Source: Candidatus Omnitrophota bacterium
Lineage (GTDB): Bacteria > Omnitrophota > Gorgyraeia > 1-14-0-20-64-10
Direction: 5' to 3'
Assembly: GCA_023248155.1 (NCBI GenBank)
Contig: JAHFFE010000003.1
Span: forward strand, 80,042-144,041
Length of the DNA: 64,000 nt
The translations under genes and the position numbers were made by a program. Shown here piece after piece: positions 27,569 to 38,584 of the stretch; the stretch's first letter is position 1; each line of letters starts with the position of its first letter. The notes under the pieces are model-generated. The model saw only the letters and a program-made list of their open reading frames with translations. It was not told where the DNA came from and searched no databases.

Positions 27569-30500
27569 GCAAAAAGCTGTTTTCTGGATAAGCCTCGGGA
27601 TTATTTTGTTTTGGGGAATGATCGTTCTGACCTGGTTTAAGCCGGGCCATTTTATTATGGGGCCGGATCTTCATGTGCCGGTCGATATGCACCGGTGGCT
27701 GCGTCAATGCTGGGCATGGAACGACGAGTGGGGAACAGGCCAGGAATGGAGCGTCGGTTTTTCGAATCTGATTTTTTCGGCGGTCTCGGCCGCTGTTTCA
27801 CTCATGACACCGTCGCTGCTGTTCGTTCAGCGAATGCTGTTTGTCTTCTGGTTCGTTCTCCCGGGGCTGACCTGTTTTGCGCTCGCAATGGAACTGGTTC
27901 CCGATCCGAAGAAGTGGGCGTTCCGTCTGGGCATGGTCAATTTTTACATGTTCAACTTGTACCTTCAGGCGCTGTGGGGAGGGAATGAGGCGGGACTGGG
28001 CGCCTACGCGGCGCTGCCGCTAATGATGATGCTTTATCTGCGAGGTTTGCGGACGCGCCGTCTTTTGTTCCACGCGCTTCTATTGGGTCCGACGTCGCTG
28101 CTGCTTTCATCGGCAAGCATGAATATCCCATTAATGGTGGTAGTCTTCATGGCCTGCGGAATTTTTATTCTGGTCTATATCATCCGCGAACAGGTTTACC
28201 GTTCTATCTCCGAAATTTTTAGGCTTCTGATCTACACCGCCGGCGCCGCATTGCTGATGCTTTTATGCAACACATTCTGGGCGCTTCCGCAGCTGCTCGT
28301 CAATACGACAAAAATCCAGGTGCCCGCCTATTCAACCAGCATGATGGCCGAGGCCAGGGGCTGGCTCTATGGAATGAGCAGCGATACAAGCCTGGCCAAT
28401 ATTTTCCGCATGCAGGGGGACTGGACCTGGTATCAGGGGTGGTACGAACCGTACCGCAATTATGCGGCGTTCTACCGGCACAATCCCTGGATGATCGCCT
28501 TAAGCTGGTTCATTCCGGCAATCGTTCTGGTCGGCGCTTTCGTCAGCCGTCAACGGCTGAAAGCGGCGTTCATACTTTTTGCGGTGCTCGGCGTGATTCT
28601 GGGAACCGGCGTCCATGCGCCATTTGAAGCAACCTATCTCTGGCTCGTCGATCATCTTCCGTTCTTCTGGGTTTTTCGCAGTCCCTGGTTTAAGTTCACG
28701 ATTCTGACCTGCCTGGGCTATGCCTTTTTGTTTGGGGAAGGGGCCGAATATCTGGCCGGTCTCATCGGAAAAAACAGGCCGCGCCTGCTGATTTTTTCGT
28801 TCGGTGTATTGCTGGCCGCCAATATGCTGTACGCATTTCCGATCACTTTCGGAAAAATGCATCCCACGGCAGCCGAGCGGCTGAAACTAAAACCGGTTCA
28901 TATCGCCATGCCCTCGTATGAATACGACCTGGCCCGCTGGGTGAACCAGCAACCCGGTTTTTTCAGAGTTCTTTTTATGCCGCTGCGAATGAATTCCACC
29001 TCGGTCTATCCGTGGGGTCTTTCCAGTACAGCACCGGCCGCTTATCCGTTTTTGCGGAAGCCGTTCCTGTTTGATAATTGGGGATCGGCCACCGATTTCG
29101 GAAACCGGCTGACGGGTCTTTTCTGCCGGGCCGTCTATGGACCACGATCGCTGGATGCCACGCGGATCGCTCAGATGATGGGGGCGCGTTATCTGATCCA
29201 GGAGAATGATTTCGATTACGATTATTACGAAGCAACCCCCAACTATCCGTTTTTCGGTGATACGCCCGAGTTTGTGCGGCAACGGCTGGCGCAGCAGAAA
29301 GGACTTCGACTGATCCAGTCATTCGGTCCGCTGGAAATTTATGAAATCGCATCTCCGCGGAACCGATTTGAGTCCGCCTCCAAAGCGGTTGCCGTGCTGG
29401 GACCGCTGGAAAGCATGGCCGATATCGCCGATACTGATCTTCTGCAGGAAGGAAAAGCGCTTATTTTTCTGAATGGCTTGGAAGGGGAGAAAGCGCTTGA
29501 TGCGCTGGAGCGGCTCAATGAATTGGGAATGCTGGATTCCGTCGTTACCGTCGGCCTGCCCGACCCCGAACATCAGGCGCTGGCCAAAAAATGGTCGCAG
29601 AAAGCCTCGTCTGTTTTTGTTTTGCAAACCACTGAAGGTTTCAAGCCGCTGCTTGAAAAGAATCCGTCTGATCTGGTGCCGATTTCCGGAATCAGCGCGC
29701 GGTGGCTGGGCGGGCTTTCAGACGCTGAAGGGTTGGACAACGGAACGGGATGGAAGTGGGTGGAGACCAACCAGAAGGAATCGTTCGCGCATGTGGAACT
29801 GTTCAATGCGCTCGATCATCCGGTCCGCATCAATCTGGGGCTGAATATCCGCTCGTACCAGCGGATGCGGGATCTTTTTCTGTATATGAATGGGGAACTT
29901 TTCACGCCCGCACCGAGAATACTGGCCAATGATCCTCAGGAACTTTTGCTGTCGGAATATATTCTTCCGCCCGGAAAAACGAGCGTGCGGTTTTATACGC
30001 CGTATCAAACCGATCCGTATGGAAATCTTTCTGTCACCTTCGCCGTTCAGCCCGGTTCACTGCGGATCGGCCTGTTGACATACCAGGGCAGCGCCTGGAT
30101 TCCCAACGCAGGATCGTATCAGGTGGTCGTGCAGGCGATTCCTATTCCGGAAACAGTCAGCGGTTCTTTGGAAATGCGCGTCGGTGATGATTCTGTCGTA
30201 TTGCAGGCCGACCCGGAAAATAAGCGCTACGTCGCCAACGACCTTTCATTAAAAGAGGGGATTGTTCCGATTTCTCTCATGCAAAAAACCGTGGGAGGCC
30301 ATTACAGGATCCGCTTCTTCCGCACAAGTTCCGCCGCCGGTCAGGCCGTTGAACCAATGCCGGTACTGAAGGAACTCAAATCGACCCCGGTCCATCATGA
30401 GGTTGCTTTTGAAAATCAGGCGCCGGCGATTTTCATTTTCCATGATTCCTATTTTCCGCTCTGGCAGGCGGCCGACAAAACCACCGGCGAAAAATACAGC

Positions 30501-30680
30501 CGTCATTTTATCGTCAACGGTTTTGCGAACGGATTTCTGGTCGAACGACCGGGAAAGCATCAGGTAGAGATTTCCTACCAGGTTCAGCAGCGGTTTGAGG
30601 TCGGGTGGCGCGTGGCGCTGGCGACAACAATTTTTTGTCTGATCGGCGCCTTGTTTCTAATAAAAAGGACAAATAAATAA
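27555..30680 (+). CDS. Large GT-C-fold membrane glycosyltransferase, AftD/YfhO-like (paralog 1 of 3)
   Basis: 1041 aa. It has an N-terminal polytopic domain with conserved QGDWTWYQGWYEPYRNYAAFY and HAPFE…LPFFWVFRSPWFKF segments. A large beta-rich extracytoplasmic domain follows. The C-terminal motif is SYFPLW…HFIVNGFANGF followed by one TM helix. These features are shared with the other two paralogs. Confidence 0.55.
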   Translation: MNLSKQKAVFWISLGIILFWGMIVLTWFKPGHFIMGPDLHVPVDMHRWLRQCWAWNDEWGTGQEWSVGFSNLIFSAVSAAVSLMTPSLLFVQRMLFVFWFVLPGLTCFALAMELVPDPKKWAFRLGMVNFYMFNLYLQALWGGNEAGLGAYAALPLMMMLYLRGLRTRRLLFHALLLGPTSLLLSSASMNIPLMVVVFMACGIFILVYIIREQVYRSISEIFRLLIYTAGAALLMLLCNTFWALPQLLVNTTKIQVPAYSTSMMAEARGWLYGMSSDTSLANIFRMQGDWTWYQGWYEPYRNYAAFYRHNPWMIALSWFIPAIVLVGAFVSRQRLKAAFILFAVLGVILGTGVHAPFEATYLWLVDHLPFFWVFRSPWFKFTILTCLGYAFLFGEGAEYLAGLIGKNRPRLLIFSFGVLLAANMLYAFPITFGKMHPTAAERLKLKPVHIAMPSYEYDLARWVNQQPGFFRVLFMPLRMNSTSVYPWGLSSTAPAAYPFLRKPFLFDNWGSATDFGNRLTGLFCRAVYGPRSLDATRIAQMMGARYLIQENDFDYDYYEATPNYPFFGDTPEFVRQRLAQQKGLRLIQSFGPLEIYEIASPRNRFESASKAVAVLGPLESMADIADTDLLQEGKALIFLNGLEGEKALDALERLNELGMLDSVVTVGLPDPEHQALAKKWSQKASSVFVLQTTEGFKPLLEKNPSDLVPISGISARWLGGLSDAEGLDNGTGWKWVETNQKESFAHVELFNALDHPVRINLGLNIRSYQRMRDLFLYMNGELFTPAPRILANDPQELLLSEYILPPGKTSVRFYTPYQTDPYGNLSVTFAVQPGSLRIGLLTYQGSAWIPNAGSYQVVVQAIPIPETVSGSLEMRVGDDSVVLQADPENKRYVANDLSLKEGIVPISLMQKTVGGHYRIRFFRTSSAAGQAVEPMPVLKELKSTPVHHEVAFENQAPAIFIFHDSYFPLWQAADKTTGEKYSRHFIVNGFANGFLVERPGKHQVEISYQVQQRFEVGWRVALATTIFCLIGALFLIKRTNK

Positions 30681-30682
30681 CG

Positions 30683-32197
30683 ATGAACTGGCTGATCGGA
30701 ATCGCCGTAACAGGATTAAGCTTCCTTCTGCAGGTAAGGCCGCGCCTGATCAAAAAAGCGTTTGGCGTTGATTCATGGCGGCATTTGGATGAAGCCGATT
30801 ATATCCGCCGGTTCCGCCATCTTCCGCGCGGAATGGCGGAACGGTATTTAATCGATAAACCGTCTGATTATCCGCCGTTTTTGCGGATTGTTCTGGCGCT
30901 GGTCCCCAAAAAAATGCTGGAACAATTTGAGTGGATGGTTGCCCCGATCTTCGACGCGTGCCATATTCTGTTGTTATTCGGAGCCGTTTTGATCTGGACC
31001 GGGCGGGTGGAAATGGCTGTCTGCGCGCAGCTGACGTACGCGCTCAGTCCATTGGTGATCATGGAGAATTCCAATTTGACGACGCGCTCGTTCGCGTCGC
31101 TTCTGTTCACGCTGGGCTGGCTGCCGCTGATGCTTTATCGGGCCGGGCAGGGTACCGAATGGCTGGCCGCCGGTATTTTCTTTTTGGCTGTTCTTTTTCT
31201 GACGCACCGGCTGGCATTGCAGGCGCTCTTTTTTCTTTCGATTGCCTGGTCGATTTTTGAAAAAACCTGGTTCTTTGCCGGAGCCATTTCAACGGCGATT
31301 TTTGCGGCGATGATTTTCTCGGGCGGATTTTATCTGAAAGTGCTCTGGGGCCAGCTGACGATGCTGAACTATTGGAGAATCAACAGCAAGAACCGGTTTG
31401 CCCATCAGATCCGCGGCCTGCCGAAATCCAGCGAACAGGAACCGGATATTGTTTTTCGCATCTATCAGACAATTCGCAAAGCGCCGTTCCTCGCGATTAT
31501 GGGAGCGAATCCATTTATGGTCTTTCTGCTGCCATGGCTTTTTCATCCGGAATGGCTTCATCAGGATCTATTTGGAATTCCGGCCATGGTATTGTCGCAA
31601 TTTTTCTTCTGGGCCTGCGCGCTTTGGGTGATCGGTCTGATCATCCGGCAATGGGAACCGGTTCGTTTCATGGGAGAAGGGGAACGCTACCTGGAATATG
31701 CCTGTTTTCCAACAGCCGTTCTCACAGCTGTTTTACTGGCCAGACAATCGTCAGAACCCGGATTCCTGTTATGGATCGCGGCCTTCGCGGTTGTGGCGAT
31801 CGCCGGCGGATTGATTCCGGGGATATTCCTGCAGCAACAGGTGATCGTTCAAGATACGGAACGTTCTGTAACGCCGGTGCTGCAAAAGGTTTTCGATGAA
31901 TTGAATCGGATGCCGGACGAAGTCAGGATTTTCACCATTCCGCTTTATCTGGCCAGCGCCACGGTTCATTTCACGAAAGATCGTGTGAAGGTTTTGACGA
32001 CCGACAGTTCGTATGCCCATTTGACTGATCTGAAAGATATTCTGCCCGTTTTAAAAATTCCTCTGTCCGAAGTAAGCCAACGGTACCGGTTGACCCATAT
32101 GTTAATCAGTGAACGGTATGTAACGCTAAGCGAACTCGGACTTTCAGAAAAACAGCTGATCTTACGCTCAGGTCAGTTTTGTCTTCTCACGCTATGA
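30683..32197 (+). CDS. Polytopic membrane protein of unknown function (possible glycan polymerase/GT-C)
   Basis: 504 aa with many hydrophobic helices and no recognisable catalytic motif. Confidence 0.4.
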   Translation: MNWLIGIAVTGLSFLLQVRPRLIKKAFGVDSWRHLDEADYIRRFRHLPRGMAERYLIDKPSDYPPFLRIVLALVPKKMLEQFEWMVAPIFDACHILLLFGAVLIWTGRVEMAVCAQLTYALSPLVIMENSNLTTRSFASLLFTLGWLPLMLYRAGQGTEWLAAGIFFLAVLFLTHRLALQALFFLSIAWSIFEKTWFFAGAISTAIFAAMIFSGGFYLKVLWGQLTMLNYWRINSKNRFAHQIRGLPKSSEQEPDIVFRIYQTIRKAPFLAIMGANPFMVFLLPWLFHPEWLHQDLFGIPAMVLSQFFFWACALWVIGLIIRQWEPVRFMGEGERYLEYACFPTAVLTAVLLARQSSEPGFLLWIAAFAVVAIAGGLIPGIFLQQQVIVQDTERSVTPVLQKVFDELNRMPDEVRIFTIPLYLASATVHFTKDRVKVLTTDSSYAHLTDLKDILPVLKIPLSEVSQRYRLTHMLISERYVTLSELGLSEKQLILRSGQFCLLTL

Positions 32198-35100
32198 TTT
32201 CAAAACGGAAATTAGATTGGCTGGAGTTGGGACTGTTACTGATAATGTCCCTCATTCCGCTCATCTGGTTCCGCCACGGTGCATTTCTCGCCTCGGCCGA
32301 TACGCTCTTGCCGCAAACGTGGGCAGACAATCTGGAGTTTCTCGGCCCCTGGAACCGCCACCTCGGTACCGGGACACTCTACATTTTTGACGGGGCCGCA
32401 TTTTTATTTAATCTGCTTCCGGCGATAGTATTGCGGTTAGGAGGTTCTCTCTTGCAGGCGCAGGTGGTTGAATTCTGTTTCTGGTACGGCCTGGCCCTTT
32501 TCAGCATGAATGGAATGATGCGCCTGGTTTATCAGGGAGCTTATCCACGCCTGGCCCGGATTGCCGCCACTGTTTTTTATGCGTCCAACTTTTATGTGGC
32601 CCCGATCTGGACCGGATTCAATAAACCGAACATTGTTCTTTATGCTGTGTTTCCTCTTTTCCTGGCCGGCACTATTCGCATGCTGGAGGGCGAGGGGCGC
32701 CGGCTTTTCCTGCTCGTTTGCCTCGCGCTCTTTTCCATTCTTGCTTCTGCCGTAGGAACCAACACGCCGATTGTCGGCGTCGCCTGGGTCGGATTAGGCG
32801 TCACAACCGTCGTACTGCTGATTTCCAATTTGAGAGCAGGCAAGATTGCGTTATTCGGTAAAAATTTATTAAGCGTGGCACTATTGGTTGCAGCGATCGC
32901 CTGCCTGCACGCATTTTGGATTCTTCCGCAAATTTGGGGAGGATTGACCAGCGCGTCAACGCTTCCGCTGGAAGCGGCGAGGACTCAGTCGCTGGCCTGG
33001 CTGGACGGAATCAGCCGGATGACCAGTTTCTGGAATGTGCTCCGGATTCAGGGAGACTGGTCCTGGTACAGCGGCGTCGGAGATCCGTATGTGCTCTATG
33101 CGGCCCGCTATCTGCATAATCCATTCTGGATTATTTTAAGCTGGTCAATCGCAGGGTTGATGCTGACCGGTATTTGTACAGCCGGAAAAAGAAAAGGGGT
33201 TTTTCTGGCACTGCTGTTGTCCGGACTTTTCTTAAGTATGGGCACGCATCCGCCGACCGGCTGGATTTTCCGATGGGCAGTCATGCATTTGCCGGGTTTC
33301 TGGATGTTCCGAAGCGCTTGGTTCAAATTCATGCTGCTGACCTGCGTGGCCTACGCATTTTTTCTGGGGGCAGGAGTTGCCTGGGCCTGTCAGCGCTTTC
33401 AGCGCTATTCGGCGCGGCGGATCGGCCTGCTGGCGATTTTTCTGATCGCTCTCTACGGAGTTCCGGTCATTGCGGGAACCATGTTCCCAACCGCAAAAGA
33501 CCGGGCAATACTGCCGCCGCTTCAATTCAAAACGCCTGCTTACGTGATACAAACAGCCGAATGGTTCAGAAACCGGCCCGATACCGAACGGGTTTTTGTG
33601 CTGCCCGGCACCGGTGTCGACACGACTCGGTGGGGGTATGCCGGTTTCTTCCCTTATATCCGTTATCTGACCAATCAGCCTTTTGTGTATGCATTTGAAC
33701 CGGCGTTTCAGATGCTGTCGCAAGGAGGGCCTCATCCATCCATCTCAATGATTCTGGATATCCGGCAGGGATTCAATGTCTACGGCGGGGAACTTTCGCC
33801 GCGCATGGACCGGCTGCTGGCGCTTCTGGGCGTGCGCACCATTCTTCATGAAGGTGACTATCGTTACGAACAACTTCCTCAGCACGATACGCCCGAGCAG
33901 ATGCGCGCCCGAATCCTTCGCCATCCGGCCATCACCGCTGTGAAACAATTCGGTCCCTGGGAACTTTATGCAGTCCCCGGAACGCTGCCGCACTGGTTCA
34001 CAGCGAAACAGGCCGCCTGGATTTCCGGGGATTCCAGACAAACGCTTCAGCTCAGCCGTTCTGCATGGTTTGACCGTACAATTCTTTGCTGGGACCGCGA
34101 TATTCCGGCCTCAATAAAAGAAACGCTTTTGAAAAACAATTTTATCCGGCGATCGGTTTTTCTGGAAGGCTCAGCAGCAGGTGAAACGATCCCGGAAGGA
34201 TTCGATGGAGCAGTTTCCCTGATTTTCTCGACGGATAAATCATCCGATCCTGAAAATCTGGTGAGCCGCTGGCCGCCGCGTCTGGAGAAAAACGGAATCC
34301 GGTGGGAGTGGGCGGAAGGATCGAGCTGGCAGAAAAATTCCGATCCGGAATGGCGCTGGCTTGTTTCCGGAAATAATGAGTCGCTTGTCGTATGGAATCC
34401 GCATCCGTGGCCCGTGGCGGTGATGCTCTGCTGTGAAATCAAAACGGCCGGCGGGGTTCCCCGGACACTTTACTTTTTTATGAATGACAAAGCGATCACG
34501 CTGGACAAGGAAAACATATCGCAAACAATCCGGGTCGGCGAAACGATTCAAAAAGTTCTTATCCCGCGAATACCGCTTCAGCCCGGACGAAACGCAATAC
34601 GGCTTGCAACCACCGAACCGTCAATCCGTCAGCCGGAGGCATTACCCGGAGAACCGCAGGAACTTTCGTTTGCATTCCGCGATATTCAATTGGGAGATCC
34701 GGTGATTGAGGCCGTCCAGCACCTGCCGCGCGAGGGCAATTACCGGCTGATTATTTACCCGCAATTTAACGGCGCGGTGTCCGACAGGGAAACCGTCTAT
34801 TTTAAAAATATGCGAACCATCCGGCTGAACGGGCAGCCGGTTTCGTGCACGCTTAAGCAGGATGATTTTAAGTTGCGCTACTGGGAATCCGGTGCCATCG
34901 CACTTCCAAAAGGACCGCTCACAATAGAGATCGGTCCCTATATGGGAGAGCATTATTTATTTGAAATCACCGACGAAGCCGGTCCGGCAGGCGGCGAACT
35001 TGGCAGCGTCAAAGTAAAAAGAGAATCACCGGCATCCTATCGGGCATCGATTGAATTGACGGCGCCCAAGATTTTAGTGTTTAATGAATCGTTCAATCCC

Positions 35101-35328
35101 GGCTGGACGGCCAGCCGCATCGCGCCGGACGGGACCCGCTCGGCCGTCGGGGACCATTTCAAGGCAAATGGTTTCGCAAACGCCTGGGTTATTCCCGAGG
35201 GGACTTACACACTCCATCTGGAATTCGCTCCAAAACGATGGTGGAAACTGGGGCAACAGATCTCTCTTGTAACCGCCGCGGGACTGTTGCTTCTTCTCGC
35301 GGGACTGCTTTTACTGCGGAGGATTTAG
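32179..35328 (+). CDS. Large GT-C-fold membrane glycosyltransferase, AftD/YfhO-like (paralog 2 of 3)
   Basis: 1049 aa. It has QGDWSWYSGVGDPYVLYAARY and HPPTGWIFRWAVMHLPGFWMFRSAWFKF. The C-terminus is SFNPGW…HFKANGFANAW plus a TM anchor. Confidence 0.55.
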   Translation: MSSHAMISKRKLDWLELGLLLIMSLIPLIWFRHGAFLASADTLLPQTWADNLEFLGPWNRHLGTGTLYIFDGAAFLFNLLPAIVLRLGGSLLQAQVVEFCFWYGLALFSMNGMMRLVYQGAYPRLARIAATVFYASNFYVAPIWTGFNKPNIVLYAVFPLFLAGTIRMLEGEGRRLFLLVCLALFSILASAVGTNTPIVGVAWVGLGVTTVVLLISNLRAGKIALFGKNLLSVALLVAAIACLHAFWILPQIWGGLTSASTLPLEAARTQSLAWLDGISRMTSFWNVLRIQGDWSWYSGVGDPYVLYAARYLHNPFWIILSWSIAGLMLTGICTAGKRKGVFLALLLSGLFLSMGTHPPTGWIFRWAVMHLPGFWMFRSAWFKFMLLTCVAYAFFLGAGVAWACQRFQRYSARRIGLLAIFLIALYGVPVIAGTMFPTAKDRAILPPLQFKTPAYVIQTAEWFRNRPDTERVFVLPGTGVDTTRWGYAGFFPYIRYLTNQPFVYAFEPAFQMLSQGGPHPSISMILDIRQGFNVYGGELSPRMDRLLALLGVRTILHEGDYRYEQLPQHDTPEQMRARILRHPAITAVKQFGPWELYAVPGTLPHWFTAKQAAWISGDSRQTLQLSRSAWFDRTILCWDRDIPASIKETLLKNNFIRRSVFLEGSAAGETIPEGFDGAVSLIFSTDKSSDPENLVSRWPPRLEKNGIRWEWAEGSSWQKNSDPEWRWLVSGNNESLVVWNPHPWPVAVMLCCEIKTAGGVPRTLYFFMNDKAITLDKENISQTIRVGETIQKVLIPRIPLQPGRNAIRLATTEPSIRQPEALPGEPQELSFAFRDIQLGDPVIEAVQHLPREGNYRLIIYPQFNGAVSDRETVYFKNMRTIRLNGQPVSCTLKQDDFKLRYWESGAIALPKGPLTIEIGPYMGEHYLFEITDEAGPAGGELGSVKVKRESPASYRASIELTAPKILVFNESFNPGWTASRIAPDGTRSAVGDHFKANGFANAWVIPEGTYTLHLEFAPKRWWKLGQQISLVTAAGLLLLLAGLLLLRRI

Positions 35329-35329
35329 C

Positions 35330-36556
35330 ATGAAGCGTTTTATCTTGGGCGGGCTGTTCCTGATCGCAATACTGTTATCGGTCCAGGCAGCCGCACGGAT
35401 CGTGACTCCTGATTTTTCGCCGTCGGACAAACGGATTGATCTTTCCCGTGAATCGGATACCGCTCTGCTGGGATCCGACTGGGATATTCGTCCCGTTCCA
35501 AAATGGCGCGGCGTCGTGGAAGTCTTTGACCGCGGAAGCCCTGCCGTTATTCCAATTGAACTGCCTTCGGCAAATTCCTGGATGTTCCGTTTCAAACTCC
35601 TTTTCCTTAAACCGGACGCCAAAGTCCGTGTTTCTTTTAACGGAGAACCTCTGGGAACCTGGGAACCCAAACAGGTCGGGCAGGCTGAGAAATTCCAGGT
35701 TTTATTGCCTGCAACAGCGGTCAAGCCAGGGATTAATCAGATTGAGTTCACGCCGGCTGGAACTCCGGCTTCGGTGATTTATGAACAGGTCCGCCTGCTC
35801 AATTTCCGGTCAAAACTATGGAAACATCATCTCTATCTGATTCCCGCGTCCGAGCAAAGCAAGCCGGGGTTCCGGCCGGTTGTTTTCGCCGGTATTTTTG
35901 CGGCTGCCGCGCTGGGCGCTCTACTGCTCTGGTTTTTAACGGCGGGACTGGTCAGCATCATCGGCGCGTGGCAATTTTCCGGTGTCTTTGTAAAGCAATC
36001 GGCCGGATGGGTATTCGTCGCCGCCGTCGCTGCGACTCTCGGATATCTGCCGATTCTGAGCTCCTATCAATTGATTGGATCAGCGCTGGGTTACTGGGCA
36101 ATGATTACACTGATCTGGATCACAGCACAATTGCCGTTTTTTCTGGCGGCTGTCCTGCGTCGTATCAGCCAAATCATTCTAACGGGAAGCCAGCTCATTG
36201 ATGCCTACGGACCCGAAGGCCTGAATGCGCTTCAGCGGCTCGGGCGAATGATTTTCTGGTTTTTGAAACTGCTGCTCATTCTGATTTACCATCTGATTTA
36301 CCGCTTGCTCGTTCAAATCGTTCGCCTGTTCATTTGGGTTGTCCGCTGGATATGGAGAAACCAGCACCCATTCGGATATCTGAAGATGGCCGGCATTTTT
36401 CTCGCGGTTGCGCTGATCAGCCCCATCTTTAAATGGACTGCTTTTCATGACTCGATGTCGCACGCGGCAGGGGTCTGTGTGCTGATTGCCATGACCAAGG
36501 AAGCCCTTCGGTCGCTGAAAGCAGATTCCTCGGACAATCCGTCCGCGGTTCAATGA
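35330..36556 (+). CDS. Membrane partner protein of GT-C paralog 2 (N-terminal anchor, ~150-aa extracytoplasmic domain, C-terminal multi-TM region)
   Basis: 408 aa. It shares architecture and local motifs (…VSFNGEPLGTW versus …ISVNGHPW) with the ORF at 53114-54355, which follows GT-C paralog 3. Confidence 0.5.
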   Translation: MKRFILGGLFLIAILLSVQAAARIVTPDFSPSDKRIDLSRESDTALLGSDWDIRPVPKWRGVVEVFDRGSPAVIPIELPSANSWMFRFKLLFLKPDAKVRVSFNGEPLGTWEPKQVGQAEKFQVLLPATAVKPGINQIEFTPAGTPASVIYEQVRLLNFRSKLWKHHLYLIPASEQSKPGFRPVVFAGIFAAAALGALLLWFLTAGLVSIIGAWQFSGVFVKQSAGWVFVAAVAATLGYLPILSSYQLIGSALGYWAMITLIWITAQLPFFLAAVLRRISQIILTGSQLIDAYGPEGLNALQRLGRMIFWFLKLLLILIYHLIYRLLVQIVRLFIWVVRWIWRNQHPFGYLKMAGIFLAVALISPIFKWTAFHDSMSHAAGVCVLIAMTKEALRSLKADSSDNPSAVQ

Positions 36557-37623
36557 AATCTTCCACCGGACAATACTTTATAACGCTCGACCATGTCAGG
36601 GCTTTGGCGCTCTTCATGGTATTTGCATGGCATTTTACGCATGGCGGCCATGGTTCACCGGTGCCCTATAGTTATACGCCCTCTCTATTTCCGCTTGCGC
36701 TGCTCGATGAAGGCTATACGGGCGTCTCTCTTTTTATGACACTCAGCGGTTATCTATTCGCCAAACTTCTGGATGGCAAGCAGATTAAATACGGCGCGTT
36801 CCTCTGGAATCGGGCGATTCGCCTGCTGCCGCTGTTGATCGTCGTTATTATAATGAAGGGTATTTTTTTGTTTCTAAAAGGGGAGAGCATCGCTTCCTAC
36901 GTCGTATCGATCGGAACGGGAATCATCTTGCCCACGCTTCCGAATGGGGGATGGAGTATCACCACTGAATTTCATTACTATCTGTTATTGCCGATCTTCC
37001 TTTGGATGGTCAGAAAATCCCGCTTCTTGCCGCTCGCTCTGATTGGCGCTGCGATGGCAGTCCGGTTCGCCATCTTTCACTGGCACGGGGAAGTGCAAAC
37101 GTTCGCTTACTGGACAATCGCCGGCCGGATCGACCAGTTCGCGCTGGGAATGCTGGTCTTTCAATTCCGATCTTTTTTTTCGCGGCGCCATCTTTTGGCG
37201 ATCGCCACGCTCTCTCTGTTTTTTGTATTTTACGGGTGGTTCGATCGGCAGGGTGGTTTCTATCATCATCCTTCGTATCCGTCAACCAGCCCAATCTGGG
37301 TTTTTTTGCTGACGCTGGAAGGACTTGCCTACGCGATAGCGATTGCCTGGTATGACAGCTCTTTTACGCCTTCCTCCGATGGTATTTCCGGTTTTATCGC
37401 CAAGATCGGGACGTATACCTACTCGCTCTACCTTCTGCATTTCTTCGTGGTGTTCGACATGGCGAGATTTGTGCACCGGCATATTATGGATATTTCCAAC
37501 TTCTATTGGGCGGTCGCCTGGTCGGCCGTTTGCTTTATTCTGATTATGCCGCTGGGATATCTCAGCTTCCGTTTTATCGAATCACCGTTTTTCAAATTAA
37601 GAACCTCTTATGTCGTCAAATAA
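36553..37623 (+). CDS. Acyltransferase family 3 (OatA-like) membrane O-acyltransferase
   Basis: LDHVRALALFMVFAWHF… with ~10 TM helices, typical of Acyl_transf_3. Confidence 0.75.
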   Translation: MKSSTGQYFITLDHVRALALFMVFAWHFTHGGHGSPVPYSYTPSLFPLALLDEGYTGVSLFMTLSGYLFAKLLDGKQIKYGAFLWNRAIRLLPLLIVVIIMKGIFLFLKGESIASYVVSIGTGIILPTLPNGGWSITTEFHYYLLLPIFLWMVRKSRFLPLALIGAAMAVRFAIFHWHGEVQTFAYWTIAGRIDQFALGMLVFQFRSFFSRRHLLAIATLSLFFVFYGWFDRQGGFYHHPSYPSTSPIWVFLLTLEGLAYAIAIAWYDSSFTPSSDGISGFIAKIGTYTYSLYLLHFFVVFDMARFVHRHIMDISNFYWAVAWSAVCFILIMPLGYLSFRFIESPFFKLRTSYVVK

Positions 37624-38584
37624 AGTCAGCTGTATTCTTTGCGGCGGCAATAATTTCGAAAGAGTGCTGGCCATTTCCAAACCGGACGATCCGTTTCTGC
37701 GCGTTTTAACTCCGGATGGAAACGCCTGGATTGCGCGCTGCACCGGATGCGGCCTGAAAAGAACCGATCCATTTCCTGAAACTGCGAAAATTCCTCTCTT
37801 TTATCCTGAAGAAAGCTATCCGTGCTACCGCGAAGATAAAAACTCCGGACAGTTCAAGCGGACCATCCAGCGCTGGGTAGTTCGCTCAGCGGCGCCGGCC
37901 GGCTGGAATCCTTTCAACTGGCTGCGGAAACTTCTGCTGTTGCCGGTACGCCGGCGGGTGGGCGGTGTTCCAAAAACCAGATTGCAGGAACCCGTACTCG
38001 ATGCCGGCTGCGGCGACGGCACTTTTCTGGATCTGCTTAAAGAGGCTGGCTGGAAGGTTGAAGGCTTTGAGATGAGCCCTAAAGCGGCGGAAGCGGCCCG
38101 ACAACGCGGGTTACCGGTACAAACAGGAACGATTGAATCAATCCAATTCCCGGAGGGACGGTTTGCCGCCGTTCGGTTTTGGCACGTAGTCGAACATCTG
38201 CCCAATCCGGGTGCGGCGCTTGAAAAAGCAAAGCGCTGGATCCGGCCGGGCGGGGAACTGATCCTCGGAATTCCGAATGCCAACTCATTTTATGCCCGCC
38301 TTTTCGGTGCCCGCTGGAGCGCATGGGAACTCCCCCGGCATCTCTACCATTTTACTCCGGAAACAATCCGGCGCCTGCTTGAAAAAAACGGTTTTCATTC
38401 CATCCGGGTGATCCATTGTTCGGTCGGAACCGGCGTCTCGAGCCTCGGAGAAAAAGAAAGCCGTATCCTTCCTCTAAGGGTATTGGGACTTGCCGCCGAT
38501 TTTTTCTTGGACCTTCTGGGCCAGGGCGATTCATTGGAAGTCCGTGCAGTTCGACTAAATGACAAGGGGAATACCCGAACATGA
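37610..38584 (+). CDS. Class I SAM-dependent methyltransferase with N-terminal zinc-ribbon
   Basis: CILCGG…CTGCG ribbon, then SAM motif I VLDAGCGDGTF and a post-I acidic motif. Confidence 0.75.
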   Translation: MSSNKVSCILCGGNNFERVLAISKPDDPFLRVLTPDGNAWIARCTGCGLKRTDPFPETAKIPLFYPEESYPCYREDKNSGQFKRTIQRWVVRSAAPAGWNPFNWLRKLLLLPVRRRVGGVPKTRLQEPVLDAGCGDGTFLDLLKEAGWKVEGFEMSPKAAEAARQRGLPVQTGTIESIQFPEGRFAAVRFWHVVEHLPNPGAALEKAKRWIRPGGELILGIPNANSFYARLFGARWSAWELPRHLYHFTPETIRRLLEKNGFHSIRVIHCSVGTGVSSLGEKESRILPLRVLGLAADFFLDLLGQGDSLEVRAVRLNDKGNTRT